DNA of 59,005 nucleotides, the filler included. It is 7 parts of 7 records of this genome, joined end to end, with 100 filler letters (N's around TTAATTAATTAA, not from the genome) between each part and the next. Parts side by side here need not be neighbours in the genome. Positions count along the whole stretch, not along the records: positions 1 to 6,795 come from SRR31156797_5782; positions 6,896 to 13,456 come from SRR31156797_5786; 5 more parts are not named here. One strand, 5' to 3'. A program made the translations under genes and the position numbers. The notes under the pieces were generated by a model that saw only the letters and a list, made by a program, of their open reading frames with translations, made no database searches and had not been told where the DNA came from. Positions 1-8,214 of the stretch are shown here, piece after piece; the first letter of the stretch is position 1; each line of letters starts with the position of its first letter.

Positions 1-91
1 AGTTATTCCTAGACAGATGGGTATTTTTTAGTTTTTGCTGATTTAGTTATTCTTATGAAAATAAATTTAATCAGTTTTTTTATTTAGTTTA

Positions 92-130
92 ACAAGAAAA
101 CTTGATTTTCAACAAGTTTTCTTGTATAAT
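92..130 (+). promoter_or_regulatory. sigma70-type promoter overlapped by a perfect 13-bp inverted repeat
   Basis: TTGATT (102-107), 17 bp, TATAAT (125-130); inverted repeat ACAAGAAAACTTG (92-104) / CAAGTTTTCTTGT (113-125). Confidence 0.75.
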
Positions 131-136
131 TTATGC

Positions 137-290
137 ATAAAGATACTTAATTGTGGCAAAAGTTTCGACTTTTTCTATACATGATGGTGGTCTTGCTCAA
201 GCATAAAATAATTACATTAGGTGCCCAGAAACTTTAATTTTGGTGAAAGATTCGTCTTTTACTACAAATGCGGTTTCAGGGCATTTTTAA
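137..290 (+). ncRNA. putative structured small RNA, convergent with the SIR2 gene
   Basis: Lies downstream of the promoter. Two UUCG-capped hairpins (AAAAGT-TTCG-ACTTTT 158-173; TGGTGAAAGA-TTCG-TCTTTTACTA 241-264) whose stems or stem extensions use G-U pairs valid only on the + strand. Outer stem 221-232/273-284 followed by a T run. No ORF in the track. Confidence 0.6.
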
Positions 291-1852
291 GTTTTTTTAT
301 ATTTCAAGAAATCATAAATTTTAATTATTCTTTTTAATTCTGAACGATATTTTGCCTCTTCTAATATTTTGGGGTTATTTTTTAATAATTCATTTAAATA
401 TTTCCCTAAATCGTCTATACTAACTTCCCCTCTCTCTAAATAGACCATCCACCTAAACGCTTGTTTAAATTCAAACTGTGCTAAAATTCCAGGAATTGAT
501 TTGATTTTCATCTTGTTTCTCTCTTTATTTCTATGTTTTTTTATTGTATTACTAAACAAATCATCAAATTCGTTATTTTTTAATTCCATGATTTTCTTAG
601 ATATCGCTCCTGAATATTCCCTCAAATATTTATGAATTGGTAATCCGCCTGAATTTGATTTTAAAAGTTGAGGTATTGTATTTTCAATAATTAATTCTGA
701 TTCAAAATTCTTATCATCAAAAACTATATCTTTATATAATTCTGTAGATGTTATACTATAATATCCTTTTTTACCAAAATCATTCATTACTCCGACACCA
801 ATAACCACTTCAATTTCATTGAAATTTTCAGTTTCCTCAAGCCCAATAACTTTTATTTTTTCATTCGGATTATTAGTTTGAACTAATTCATATATATTTT
901 GCTTCAGAGTTCTCAATATTTTAGGGTTATATTTTGCTTTATTTTCAAGCAACCCTTTATATATTTCAGAAAAATCATTAGTTGTTATTTTAGTCATTTC
1001 AATTCTATTGTTACCAAAATTTTCAGAATGAGTTGAAATTTCATTCTTATGCTCTTCCTTTGTCCATTCGATAAATATTAATCTCTCTTTTAAAATATTT
1101 AATTTGCTTTGACTTAAGCGCTTTGAAATAGATTCAAGAATACTTCTTATGTTCTCATCAGATATTGAATATCCCATAAAAATTATTGGATGTTCCAAAA
1201 AAATAGTTAATAATTTTGCAGTTAAGTATGCACTTTTTTCAGAAAAATCCTTATAATCTTTTGTATTTATAATTATTGATTCAGGTTTTGTACAACAACC
1301 ATGAATTTTATAAATTTCTCCAACCTCATATATATTAGAAAAAATTAATTCTTCTTGTCCTATATAAACTTTATAATCATCAAAAATACTTTCTAATAAT
1401 AGATCATAATTGGTGGTAATTACTCCAGCAATATTTTTTATCGCAGCATTTTTCAGTATTTTTAATTCCTCATTCTCATTAATTAATTTTGCATTCTTAA
1501 AATGTTTTGCCAATGCAAGTTTAAACGGAGAGATACCACTCTTTATTTCTTTTTTATATTTTTCTCTATCTTCAATAAATTTGTCATCCGTTAAAAATTT
1601 TTTCACAAAATCTTTTTCCAACATTTCTGCAATTTTAGGTAGTTTTTTAAACTTATCTTCTTCCATTACTTCATTTTCATATAGTTCATACTGAAATTCA
1701 TTCTCTGTCGCTTCAATAGAAAATTTATTCAATAACCCTGACCAATCTTCAAGGCCATAATATCGTCTTGATATTCCAGAGCCAACAAACAAAAATGGAA
1801 GTGAATCTATTTTTTTCAATTTCTCTAAAAGTTCAGATTTAATTGCACTCAT
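287..1852 (-). CDS. SIR2-like (SIR2_2) domain protein, probable NADase/defence effector
   Basis: Motifs FVGSGIS, ITTNYD, YKIHG, IFMGYSISD; 521 aa with an uncharacterised C-terminal region. Confidence 0.85.
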   Translation of the reverse strand: MSAIKSELLEKLKKIDSLPFLFVGSGISRRYYGLEDWSGLLNKFSIEATENEFQYELYENEVMEEDKFKKLPKIAEMLEKDFVKKFLTDDKFIEDREKYKKEIKSGISPFKLALAKHFKNAKLINENEELKILKNAAIKNIAGVITTNYDLLLESIFDDYKVYIGQEELIFSNIYEVGEIYKIHGCCTKPESIIINTKDYKDFSEKSAYLTAKLLTIFLEHPIIFMGYSISDENIRSILESISKRLSQSKLNILKERLIFIEWTKEEHKNEISTHSENFGNNRIEMTKITTNDFSEIYKGLLENKAKYNPKILRTLKQNIYELVQTNNPNEKIKVIGLEETENFNEIEVVIGVGVMNDFGKKGYYSITSTELYKDIVFDDKNFESELIIENTIPQLLKSNSGGLPIHKYLREYSGAISKKIMELKNNEFDDLFSNTIKKHRNKERNKMKIKSIPGILAQFEFKQAFRWMVYLERGEVSIDDLGKYLNELLKNNPKILEEAKYRSELKRIIKIYDFLKYKKT

Positions 1853-1894
1853 ATTTGATCTCCAATCACAACTCTTATTTTTCTGCCTACATAT

Positions 1895-1922
1895 AGTATA
1901 ACTTTTTTGATTAATTTTTCAA
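1895..1922 (-). promoter_or_regulatory. putative sigma70 promoter of the SIR2 gene
   Basis: TTGAAA-16bp-TATACT on the minus strand, GGAG RBS before the ATG. Confidence 0.5.
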
Positions 1923-1925
1923 ATT

Positions 1926-1960
1926 AAAAGATGATTTCTAATCTTTAGAAATCATCTTTT
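1926..1960. terminator. intrinsic terminator after the kinase genes
   Basis: Perfect 16-bp stem AAAAGATGATTTCTAA/TTAGAAATCATCTTTT, 3-nt loop. Confidence 0.75.
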
Positions 1961-1975
1961 TATTTCACCTTAGTT

Positions 1976-4168
1976 TTATTCCTCCACTAACTTCCTTACA
2001 CAAGCACTAATCTCCGTAGCTGATACAGGTTTTAGCAGATATTCATTAATTATCCCGTTCTTGATATAGCTATCTAGTGGTTCTTCTGGATGAGCTGTCA
2101 TCAGGATTATTTTAATATTCTCATTTTTTATTCTTAGCAGTTTTGATAGCTCTATTCCACTTATCTCAGGCATAGTCAGATCAGTTATCAATATCTCATA
2201 TCCTTCTGATGATAATGTATCAAAATTTTCGAGTATATCATAACCGTTAGTAAATGACTTTGTTTTATAACCTAAACTGTTCATTCCCTTTTTCAGCATC
2301 TTCGCTATAAACTGTTCATTATCAAGTATCAATAATTTCTCAGTTCCTCTTAATTCTATTTGCTCGTTCTTCTCCTGTTTTTTAGTACCACTAACTTCTC
2401 CTGTACTTGCCTGAGGTACAAATACCTCGAAGCGACTTCCTATCCCTAGCTCACTGTTTACCATTATTCTTCCGTCTTGTTTCTCAATTATACCTACAGC
2501 TACACTTAGACCTAGGCCCGTACTGTCTTTAGATAATTTTTCAGTATAAAAAGGATTAAATATTTTCTCCTGAGTTTCTTCACTCATCCCGCAGCCTGTA
2601 TCTTCTATGCTGATTCTGCTGAATATTTTATTATTTTTTCTCTCTATTCTATTCAAGCTTATAGTTAGTTTTTTCTCTTCTGAATTCTGCATCGCATTCA
2701 CTGCATTTTTTACTAAATTTATTATCACCTGATGAAATTGCGTTTCATTTCCAATTATTATATTTTTAGAGTCTTCAATATCAAATTTCAACTCTACATC
2801 TTTCGGAACTAAAGACAGTATCACTTTTTTTATATCGTTCAATATTTTATTCAGTGATAATACTTCATAGTTTACATCACTTCTGTTATCACTGTAGATC
2901 AATATTTGATCTATTATCTCCTGTGATCTTTTAGATGAATCATATATCACTTTTACATCTTCGTGCATCTCACTCTCCGGATCAAGATCACGTAGTATCA
3001 TCTCTGAGTAACCCATTATCGGAGTTAAAATATTATTAAATTCATGGGCTATTCCGCCAGTTAGAGTTCCTATCGTTTCCATCTTTCTCTTATGATGAAG
3101 TTCAGTCTCTTTTTTTCTCAGCATATTAGTATTTTCATTTAATTCATGTAGATATGCACTCTCCATTTGATGTGCTTCTTTATTCTTCATCATTCTGATT
3201 ATCAGGCTTAGAGCCCATGCAAATACTAAAATAATTATAAATGATACTAATAAACTTGCGTAGAAATAATTTTTAATCGGAGCACTTATCTCATCATACG
3301 ACATCACAACTGCTATAACCCAGAATTCATCGCCGATAAATGCAGGTGCAAAACCATTAAGTTTTTTTACTCTTTTTAATTTTTCCTGCGGCCACCAGTA
3401 TGAATAATAGATGTATGTTCCCGGCTCTCCTTTTAGTTGTAATTTAACTAGTTTTTCTACATCAGACAGATCAAGGTCAGGATATCTCTCTTTTCTTGAC
3501 TTTATTACACTGTATCCTATCTGCTCTTTTACGGGATGCATCAATATCAGCCCCGTACTGTCTTTCACCATTGCATAGCCCTGTTCTCCGGCTTTGATTG
3601 GTTTCACCAGCTTATTATATACTTTCTCCAGATCTATCTTTACTAAAATTACTCCCTCTAAATTATTATTTATTAACAAAGGCTGATAAATATATATATA
3701 AAATTTCCCGTTACCATCTTGCCATGGTTTCCCTATATATGGAAGTTTCATTGCACTTACTCTCTTAAAATTTTCATCAAAATTCTTATCTTCCAAAGCA
3801 GTTCTTTTCGCAGGATAAACTATTGCAGTGTTTTTATTTTTGTCTATATACATAATTTCAGATATCTCTTTCTTCTGAGAATTATGAAATAGTCCAAATT
3901 CATTTGCTATAATTTCATTGCTCAAAGTATTGGTTTTAGAAAGAATATTCAGGTTTTCAGCCAGATTGCTCGATTCTTTCAGTTTCTCATCTATATAGAG
4001 CTCCAGACTTTGAGCTGTAGATTTAGCAATTGTAAGTAGATGAGCACTCTGTTGAGACAATATTGTATTTTCATAATCTATAAAACTTTTATAACTGATA
4101 TTTCTGATCATTATTATCATAATTGTAAAAAGCAGTATCAGCCATATTTCAGTTCTTCTTTTTTTCAT
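1976..4168 (-). CDS. hybrid sensor histidine kinase (Cache-HisKA-HATPase-REC)
   Basis: Two TM segments, Cache motif GYAMVKDSTG, H-box GGIAHEFNN, GLGL, receiver TDLTMP. Confidence 0.92.
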   Translation of the reverse strand: MKKRRTEIWLILLFTIMIIMIRNISYKSFIDYENTILSQQSAHLLTIAKSTAQSLELYIDEKLKESSNLAENLNILSKTNTLSNEIIANEFGLFHNSQKKEISEIMYIDKNKNTAIVYPAKRTALEDKNFDENFKRVSAMKLPYIGKPWQDGNGKFYIYIYQPLLINNNLEGVILVKIDLEKVYNKLVKPIKAGEQGYAMVKDSTGLILMHPVKEQIGYSVIKSRKERYPDLDLSDVEKLVKLQLKGEPGTYIYYSYWWPQEKLKRVKKLNGFAPAFIGDEFWVIAVVMSYDEISAPIKNYFYASLLVSFIIILVFAWALSLIIRMMKNKEAHQMESAYLHELNENTNMLRKKETELHHKRKMETIGTLTGGIAHEFNNILTPIMGYSEMILRDLDPESEMHEDVKVIYDSSKRSQEIIDQILIYSDNRSDVNYEVLSLNKILNDIKKVILSLVPKDVELKFDIEDSKNIIIGNETQFHQVIINLVKNAVNAMQNSEEKKLTISLNRIERKNNKIFSRISIEDTGCGMSEETQEKIFNPFYTEKLSKDSTGLGLSVAVGIIEKQDGRIMVNSELGIGSRFEVFVPQASTGEVSGTKKQEKNEQIELRGTEKLLILDNEQFIAKMLKKGMNSLGYKTKSFTNGYDILENFDTLSSEGYEILITDLTMPEISGIELSKLLRIKNENIKIILMTAHPEEPLDSYIKNGIINEYLLKPVSATEISACVRKLVEE

Positions 4169-4208
4169 AACTCTACTCCAATTCTCAAATTCTTAAATTT
4201 ATAGTGAA

Positions 4209-6428
4209 TTAAGTTCTATCCATAACTTTTCGTATTCTTTTACTGATCTTTTCTGCTGATACAGGTTTTAGGATATATTCATCTATTATTTTATCCTGAA
4301 TATACTCTTCTAACGGCTCCTCAGGATTAGCAGTCATAAGTATAATTTTGATTTCCGGTTTATTTCTTCTAAATTTTTTAGCCAGCTGTATACCGCTTAC
4401 TTCCGGCATACTTATATCACTTATCACTACATCAATTTTATCTTTTAATACATTGAACTCTCTCACTACTTCAGCCCCGTCTGTGTATGTTGTTATTTTA
4501 TACCCCAGCTCTTCCAGACTTTTCTTCAGCATCTCTGCTATTGAGCCCTGATCATCAACTATCAGCACTCTTTCATCACCATGCTGTGTTAATTCACTTT
4601 CCAGTTTATCCGTTTCTACTTTTCTATCTGATTTAGGTAAATATATATCGAATCTGCTTCCTTTTCCAGGTGCACTCTCTACATATATTCTTCCTCCGTG
4701 TTTTGATATTATCCCCATTACAACTGACAGACCAAGTCCCGTTGTTGAGTCAGATTGAGTTTTGCTAAAGAAAGGATCATATATTTTCTCAAGTGTTTCT
4801 CTGTCCATCCCTATTCCGGTATCAATTACACTTAACCTGATATATTTTTTCTCTTCAAGTCCGCTCTCTTTTAACCTGCTGTCATCACTATACTCTACCG
4901 TTTGAAGATCAATTTCAAGTTTTCCTCCACCCTCTTTCATCGAATTATATGCATTTATACATAGGTTTAAAATAACCTGATGAAGCTGGGTTTCGTTTGC
5001 AAATACATTCCCGCTGTTTTTTGATATTTTTTTTATGATTTTTATATTAGAGGGAGTCGTTGCTTCAAAGAATTTAAGTGCATTCTCCAGAACTTTTTTC
5101 ATCTCCAGAACTTCATATCGAAGCATTACATTTTTATCACGACTGAATAACAGTATTTGATCTATTACATCTCTTGCTCTTTTCGATGAATCATTTATTA
5201 TTTTCATTTCATCATATATCTCATCTTCAGCTTTCAGCCCCATTAATATCATCTCCGAGTAACCCATTATCGGAGTCAGTATATTATTAAATTCATGGGC
5301 TATTCCACCTGTTAAAGTTCCTATTGTTTCCAATTTTCTCTTTTGATGAAGTTCAGCATCTTTTCTTCGCAAGTTTTCACTGGACTCATTTATCTCTTTT
5401 AGATAGTTCATCTCTATTCTGTGCGCTTCTTTACTGCTTGCCATTCTTATTATCATAAATAGCGCAAAGGAAATCACAGAGATGAGCGTGGCGGCGACTG
5501 TGCTTATGTTATACAGGTATTTTCTAATTGCACCATGTATCTCCTCATATGACATCGTTACTGCAACTATCCAGAATTTTCTGGTGATATTTATCGAAGT
5601 AAATGCCTGAAACTTTTTAACTTTAACAAGTTTTTCCTGAGGCCACCAATATGAATGATAGATATGAGTTCCCTCTTGACCGCTTAACTGCAATTTTACT
5701 AATTCTTCAAGCTCACTATAATCTAATTCAGGATATTTCTGTTTTCTATCTACAAGTACGTCATAACCTATCTGCTCTTTTGCCGGATGCATGATTATTA
5801 TTCCGTCACTGTCTTTTACCATTGCATAACCAAATTTTCCGGCTTTTACAGGTTTTACCAAGAGATCATACATATCATTTACATCTATTCTTACTACTAT
5901 TGCTCCTATAATGATTTTATCTCTAAATACCGGTTTAAAAATATCAAATGCATAAGCCTTCTCATCAATTTTATATACTTCACCGATAAATGTTTCTTCC
6001 AGCATTTTATTTACTCTCATTGCGTCTATAAATTCATTTTTAGTTTTAAATGAAACTATTTCATCTGAATCAATTGGATAGATTAAATGATTCTTACTTT
6101 CAAAATCAATATATTGCAAACTAGAGATTTGATCACCATGAGATTCACTAAATGCCTCCAATCTTTTTAGAAGAAATTTATATTCTCCATAATTAATCAA
6201 ATCTGACTTTATATTTTCACTTAAATAGTTTATTCCTTTTATTTTCTCCTCAACAAAATTTAAAATACTTCTTCCCACTAATCTTGATATGGTAAGAAGC
6301 TGCTCCTGCTGTTGAGATACAATTCTCTTTTCATAGTTTAAGAAACTTCTTCTGCTTATTTCACCTATAACAATAGATATAAGTCCTACTAAAATTACAA
6401 ATAGTATTTTTAATCTTTTTTTATTCAT
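4209..6428 (-). CDS. hybrid sensor histidine kinase (Cache-HisKA-HATPase-REC), paralog of its neighbour
   Basis: Same architecture: GGIAHEFNN, DTGIGM, SDISMP; GGAG RBS before the ATG at 6428. Confidence 0.92.
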   Translation of the reverse strand: MNKKRLKILFVILVGLISIVIGEISRRSFLNYEKRIVSQQQEQLLTISRLVGRSILNFVEEKIKGINYLSENIKSDLINYGEYKFLLKRLEAFSESHGDQISSLQYIDFESKNHLIYPIDSDEIVSFKTKNEFIDAMRVNKMLEETFIGEVYKIDEKAYAFDIFKPVFRDKIIIGAIVVRIDVNDMYDLLVKPVKAGKFGYAMVKDSDGIIIMHPAKEQIGYDVLVDRKQKYPELDYSELEELVKLQLSGQEGTHIYHSYWWPQEKLVKVKKFQAFTSINITRKFWIVAVTMSYEEIHGAIRKYLYNISTVAATLISVISFALFMIIRMASSKEAHRIEMNYLKEINESSENLRRKDAELHQKRKLETIGTLTGGIAHEFNNILTPIMGYSEMILMGLKAEDEIYDEMKIINDSSKRARDVIDQILLFSRDKNVMLRYEVLEMKKVLENALKFFEATTPSNIKIIKKISKNSGNVFANETQLHQVILNLCINAYNSMKEGGGKLEIDLQTVEYSDDSRLKESGLEEKKYIRLSVIDTGIGMDRETLEKIYDPFFSKTQSDSTTGLGLSVVMGIISKHGGRIYVESAPGKGSRFDIYLPKSDRKVETDKLESELTQHGDERVLIVDDQGSIAEMLKKSLEELGYKITTYTDGAEVVREFNVLKDKIDVVISDISMPEVSGIQLAKKFRRNKPEIKIILMTANPEEPLEEYIQDKIIDEYILKPVSAEKISKRIRKVMDRT

Positions 6429-6795
6429 TTTATCTTCTCCAAAAATCAAATTATAAATCAATTATCAAAAACTTATAAAACACAGTCTAGTTATATTATA
6501 CAATAAAAGTTAATTTTTCCGAAAACATAAAAGCTTCCTATTTTTTAAAATTTTTTAAGATTTAAGAAAACACATGCATTTTTTTAAATTATATAGTAAA
6601 ATGTAAGTATTAAATTTTATTTGTATTATTTTTTGACATAAGAGCTTTGTATAATACTTATTTATTAAAATTTTTTATAGAAAGCTCCAAAATAGTAAAC
6701 TAGCTATAAAAAATAACATCTTATTAAAAACTTGCATGAATTTAAGTGAAATTATTTAATTTCTCAATCAACAACCCACGCCGCAAGCGAACGGG

Positions 6796-6895
6796 NNNNN
6801 NNNNNNNNNNNNNNNNNNNNNNNNNNNNNNNNNNNNNNNTTAATTAATTAANNNNNNNNNNNNNNNNNNNNNNNNNNNNNNNNNNNNNNNNNNNN
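6796..6895. other. artificial contig linker
   Basis: N44-TTAATTAATTAA-N44 (stops in all frames); GC content shifts across it. Confidence 0.98.
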
Positions 6896-7835
6896 CATAG
6901 TTGATCACATGGGAAACCCGGGTGATATCAATGCCTCTGGCGGCAATATCCGTGGCCACCAGGATTTGGAAGGTCCCGTCGCGAAAGCCTTCCAAGGCGG
7001 CTTGCCTGCGCCCCTGGGAGAGATTCCCCTGAAGGGAGGCACATGGATATCCGGCCGAAACCAGCTTTCTACCGAGGCTTTTGGCCCGGTATTTGGTCCG
7101 GGTGAAGACCAGCACCGATTTGACCACGGTATCACCCAGAAGCTTTAAGAGCAGCGCCGTTTTCAAATGGTGGGGTACCGGATAGAGCGCATGGCGCACT
7201 GTTTCCGCGGGGGCCACGGCCCCAATCTGGACCATGCTGGGATTTATCAGGATATCGCCCGCCATTCGACGTATTTCAGGCGGCATGGTGGCGGAAAAAA
7301 GCAGTGTCTGCCGTTTTTTGGGAAGACGCGCCAGAATGCGCCGGATATCGGGCAGAAACCCCATGTCGAACATCTGGTCCGCCTCATCAACGACCAGCAT
7401 TTCCAACCGGGAAAAATTGACGGTGCCGCGGTTCATATGATCCAGCAGACGGCCCGGGCAGGCCACCACAATATGGGCATGTTTCAGGTTTTCGATCTGC
7501 GGGTGAATTCCCACGCCCCCGTAGACCGTTACACTTTTGAGATGGGTTTCGCGACCCAGCATTTCAATGGCCTGATGGATCTGCTCCGCCAGTTCACGGG
7601 TCGGCGCCATGATCAAAGCGCGAACGCCCTTCGACTTTTTCGCCATGAGCCGATGGAGTATGGGCAGCGCAAAGGCAGCCGTTTTACCGGTGCCGGTCTG
7701 GGCCACGCCCATGATATCGTGATGGTCGAGGACCTCGGGAATTGCACGGGCCTGAATGGGTGTGGGCTCAACATATCCCGCCGCCATGACCCCCGCCGCA
7801 ACACGGGGATGAAAATTAAACGTCTTGAAATTCAA
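6896..7835 (-). CDS. DEAD-box RNA helicase, RhlE-like (3' truncated by contig end)
   Basis: Q motif PTPIQ, AQTGTGKT, PTRELA, DEAD, SAT, ARGID; TTG start with RBS. Confidence 0.93.
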
Positions 7836-7862
7836 AAAAACACCTTCTTCCTATGTTCCCAT

Positions 7863-7892
7863 AAAAAAAGCCCCGAAACCATTCCGGGGCTT
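7863..7892 (-). terminator. intrinsic terminator-like hairpin in the helicase 5' leader
   Basis: Minus strand reads AAGCCCCGGAA-TGGT-TTCGGGGC followed by T7. Confidence 0.7.
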
Positions 7893-7936
7893 ACGTGATT
7901 TGTAGTTACAACCAGGAACATCATTTAATGACGGTA

Positions 7937-7965
7937 AATTTACACATTATGATTAGCAAAGTCAA
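7937..7965 (-). promoter_or_regulatory. putative promoter of the helicase leader
   Basis: TTGACT-17bp-TAAATT with an extended TG. Confidence 0.5.
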
Positions 7966-8074
7966 TTCATTTTAAAAATAAAATTTAAGCGATTTAATTT
8001 TACATTTGTTTTACAAACGTTCCATTCAATTTTGTGTATTCTGAATTATACTAAATTAAATGTTTAAATAAATT

Positions 8075-8179
8075 TTGATGCATTCGTAAAAAGTCAAAAA
8101 ACCGAAATTCGCACCTAATGATTTCAGTGGGTTATCGGTGCTAAAATGGCCGAAATTGGGCTTTTTACGAGACCATCAA
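8075..8179. mobile_element. MITE-like element with terminal inverted repeats
   Basis: TTGATGcatTCGTAAAAAG ... CTTTTTACGAgacCATCAA imperfect TIRs, ~105 bp, no ORF. Confidence 0.6.
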
Positions 8180-8214
8180 TTTTGACCAAAAAAAATCAAA
8201 AGATTGGAGACTAA

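Noticed and set aside
287-6428. Functional link between SIR2 and the two kinases
   Set aside because: Separated by a strong terminator, and SIR2 has its own putative promoter.
7832-7924. 30-codon uORF (MMFLVVTT...) in the helicase leader
   Set aside because: No RBS and no informative codon cluster; it runs through the terminator, so it is not supported as a leader peptide.
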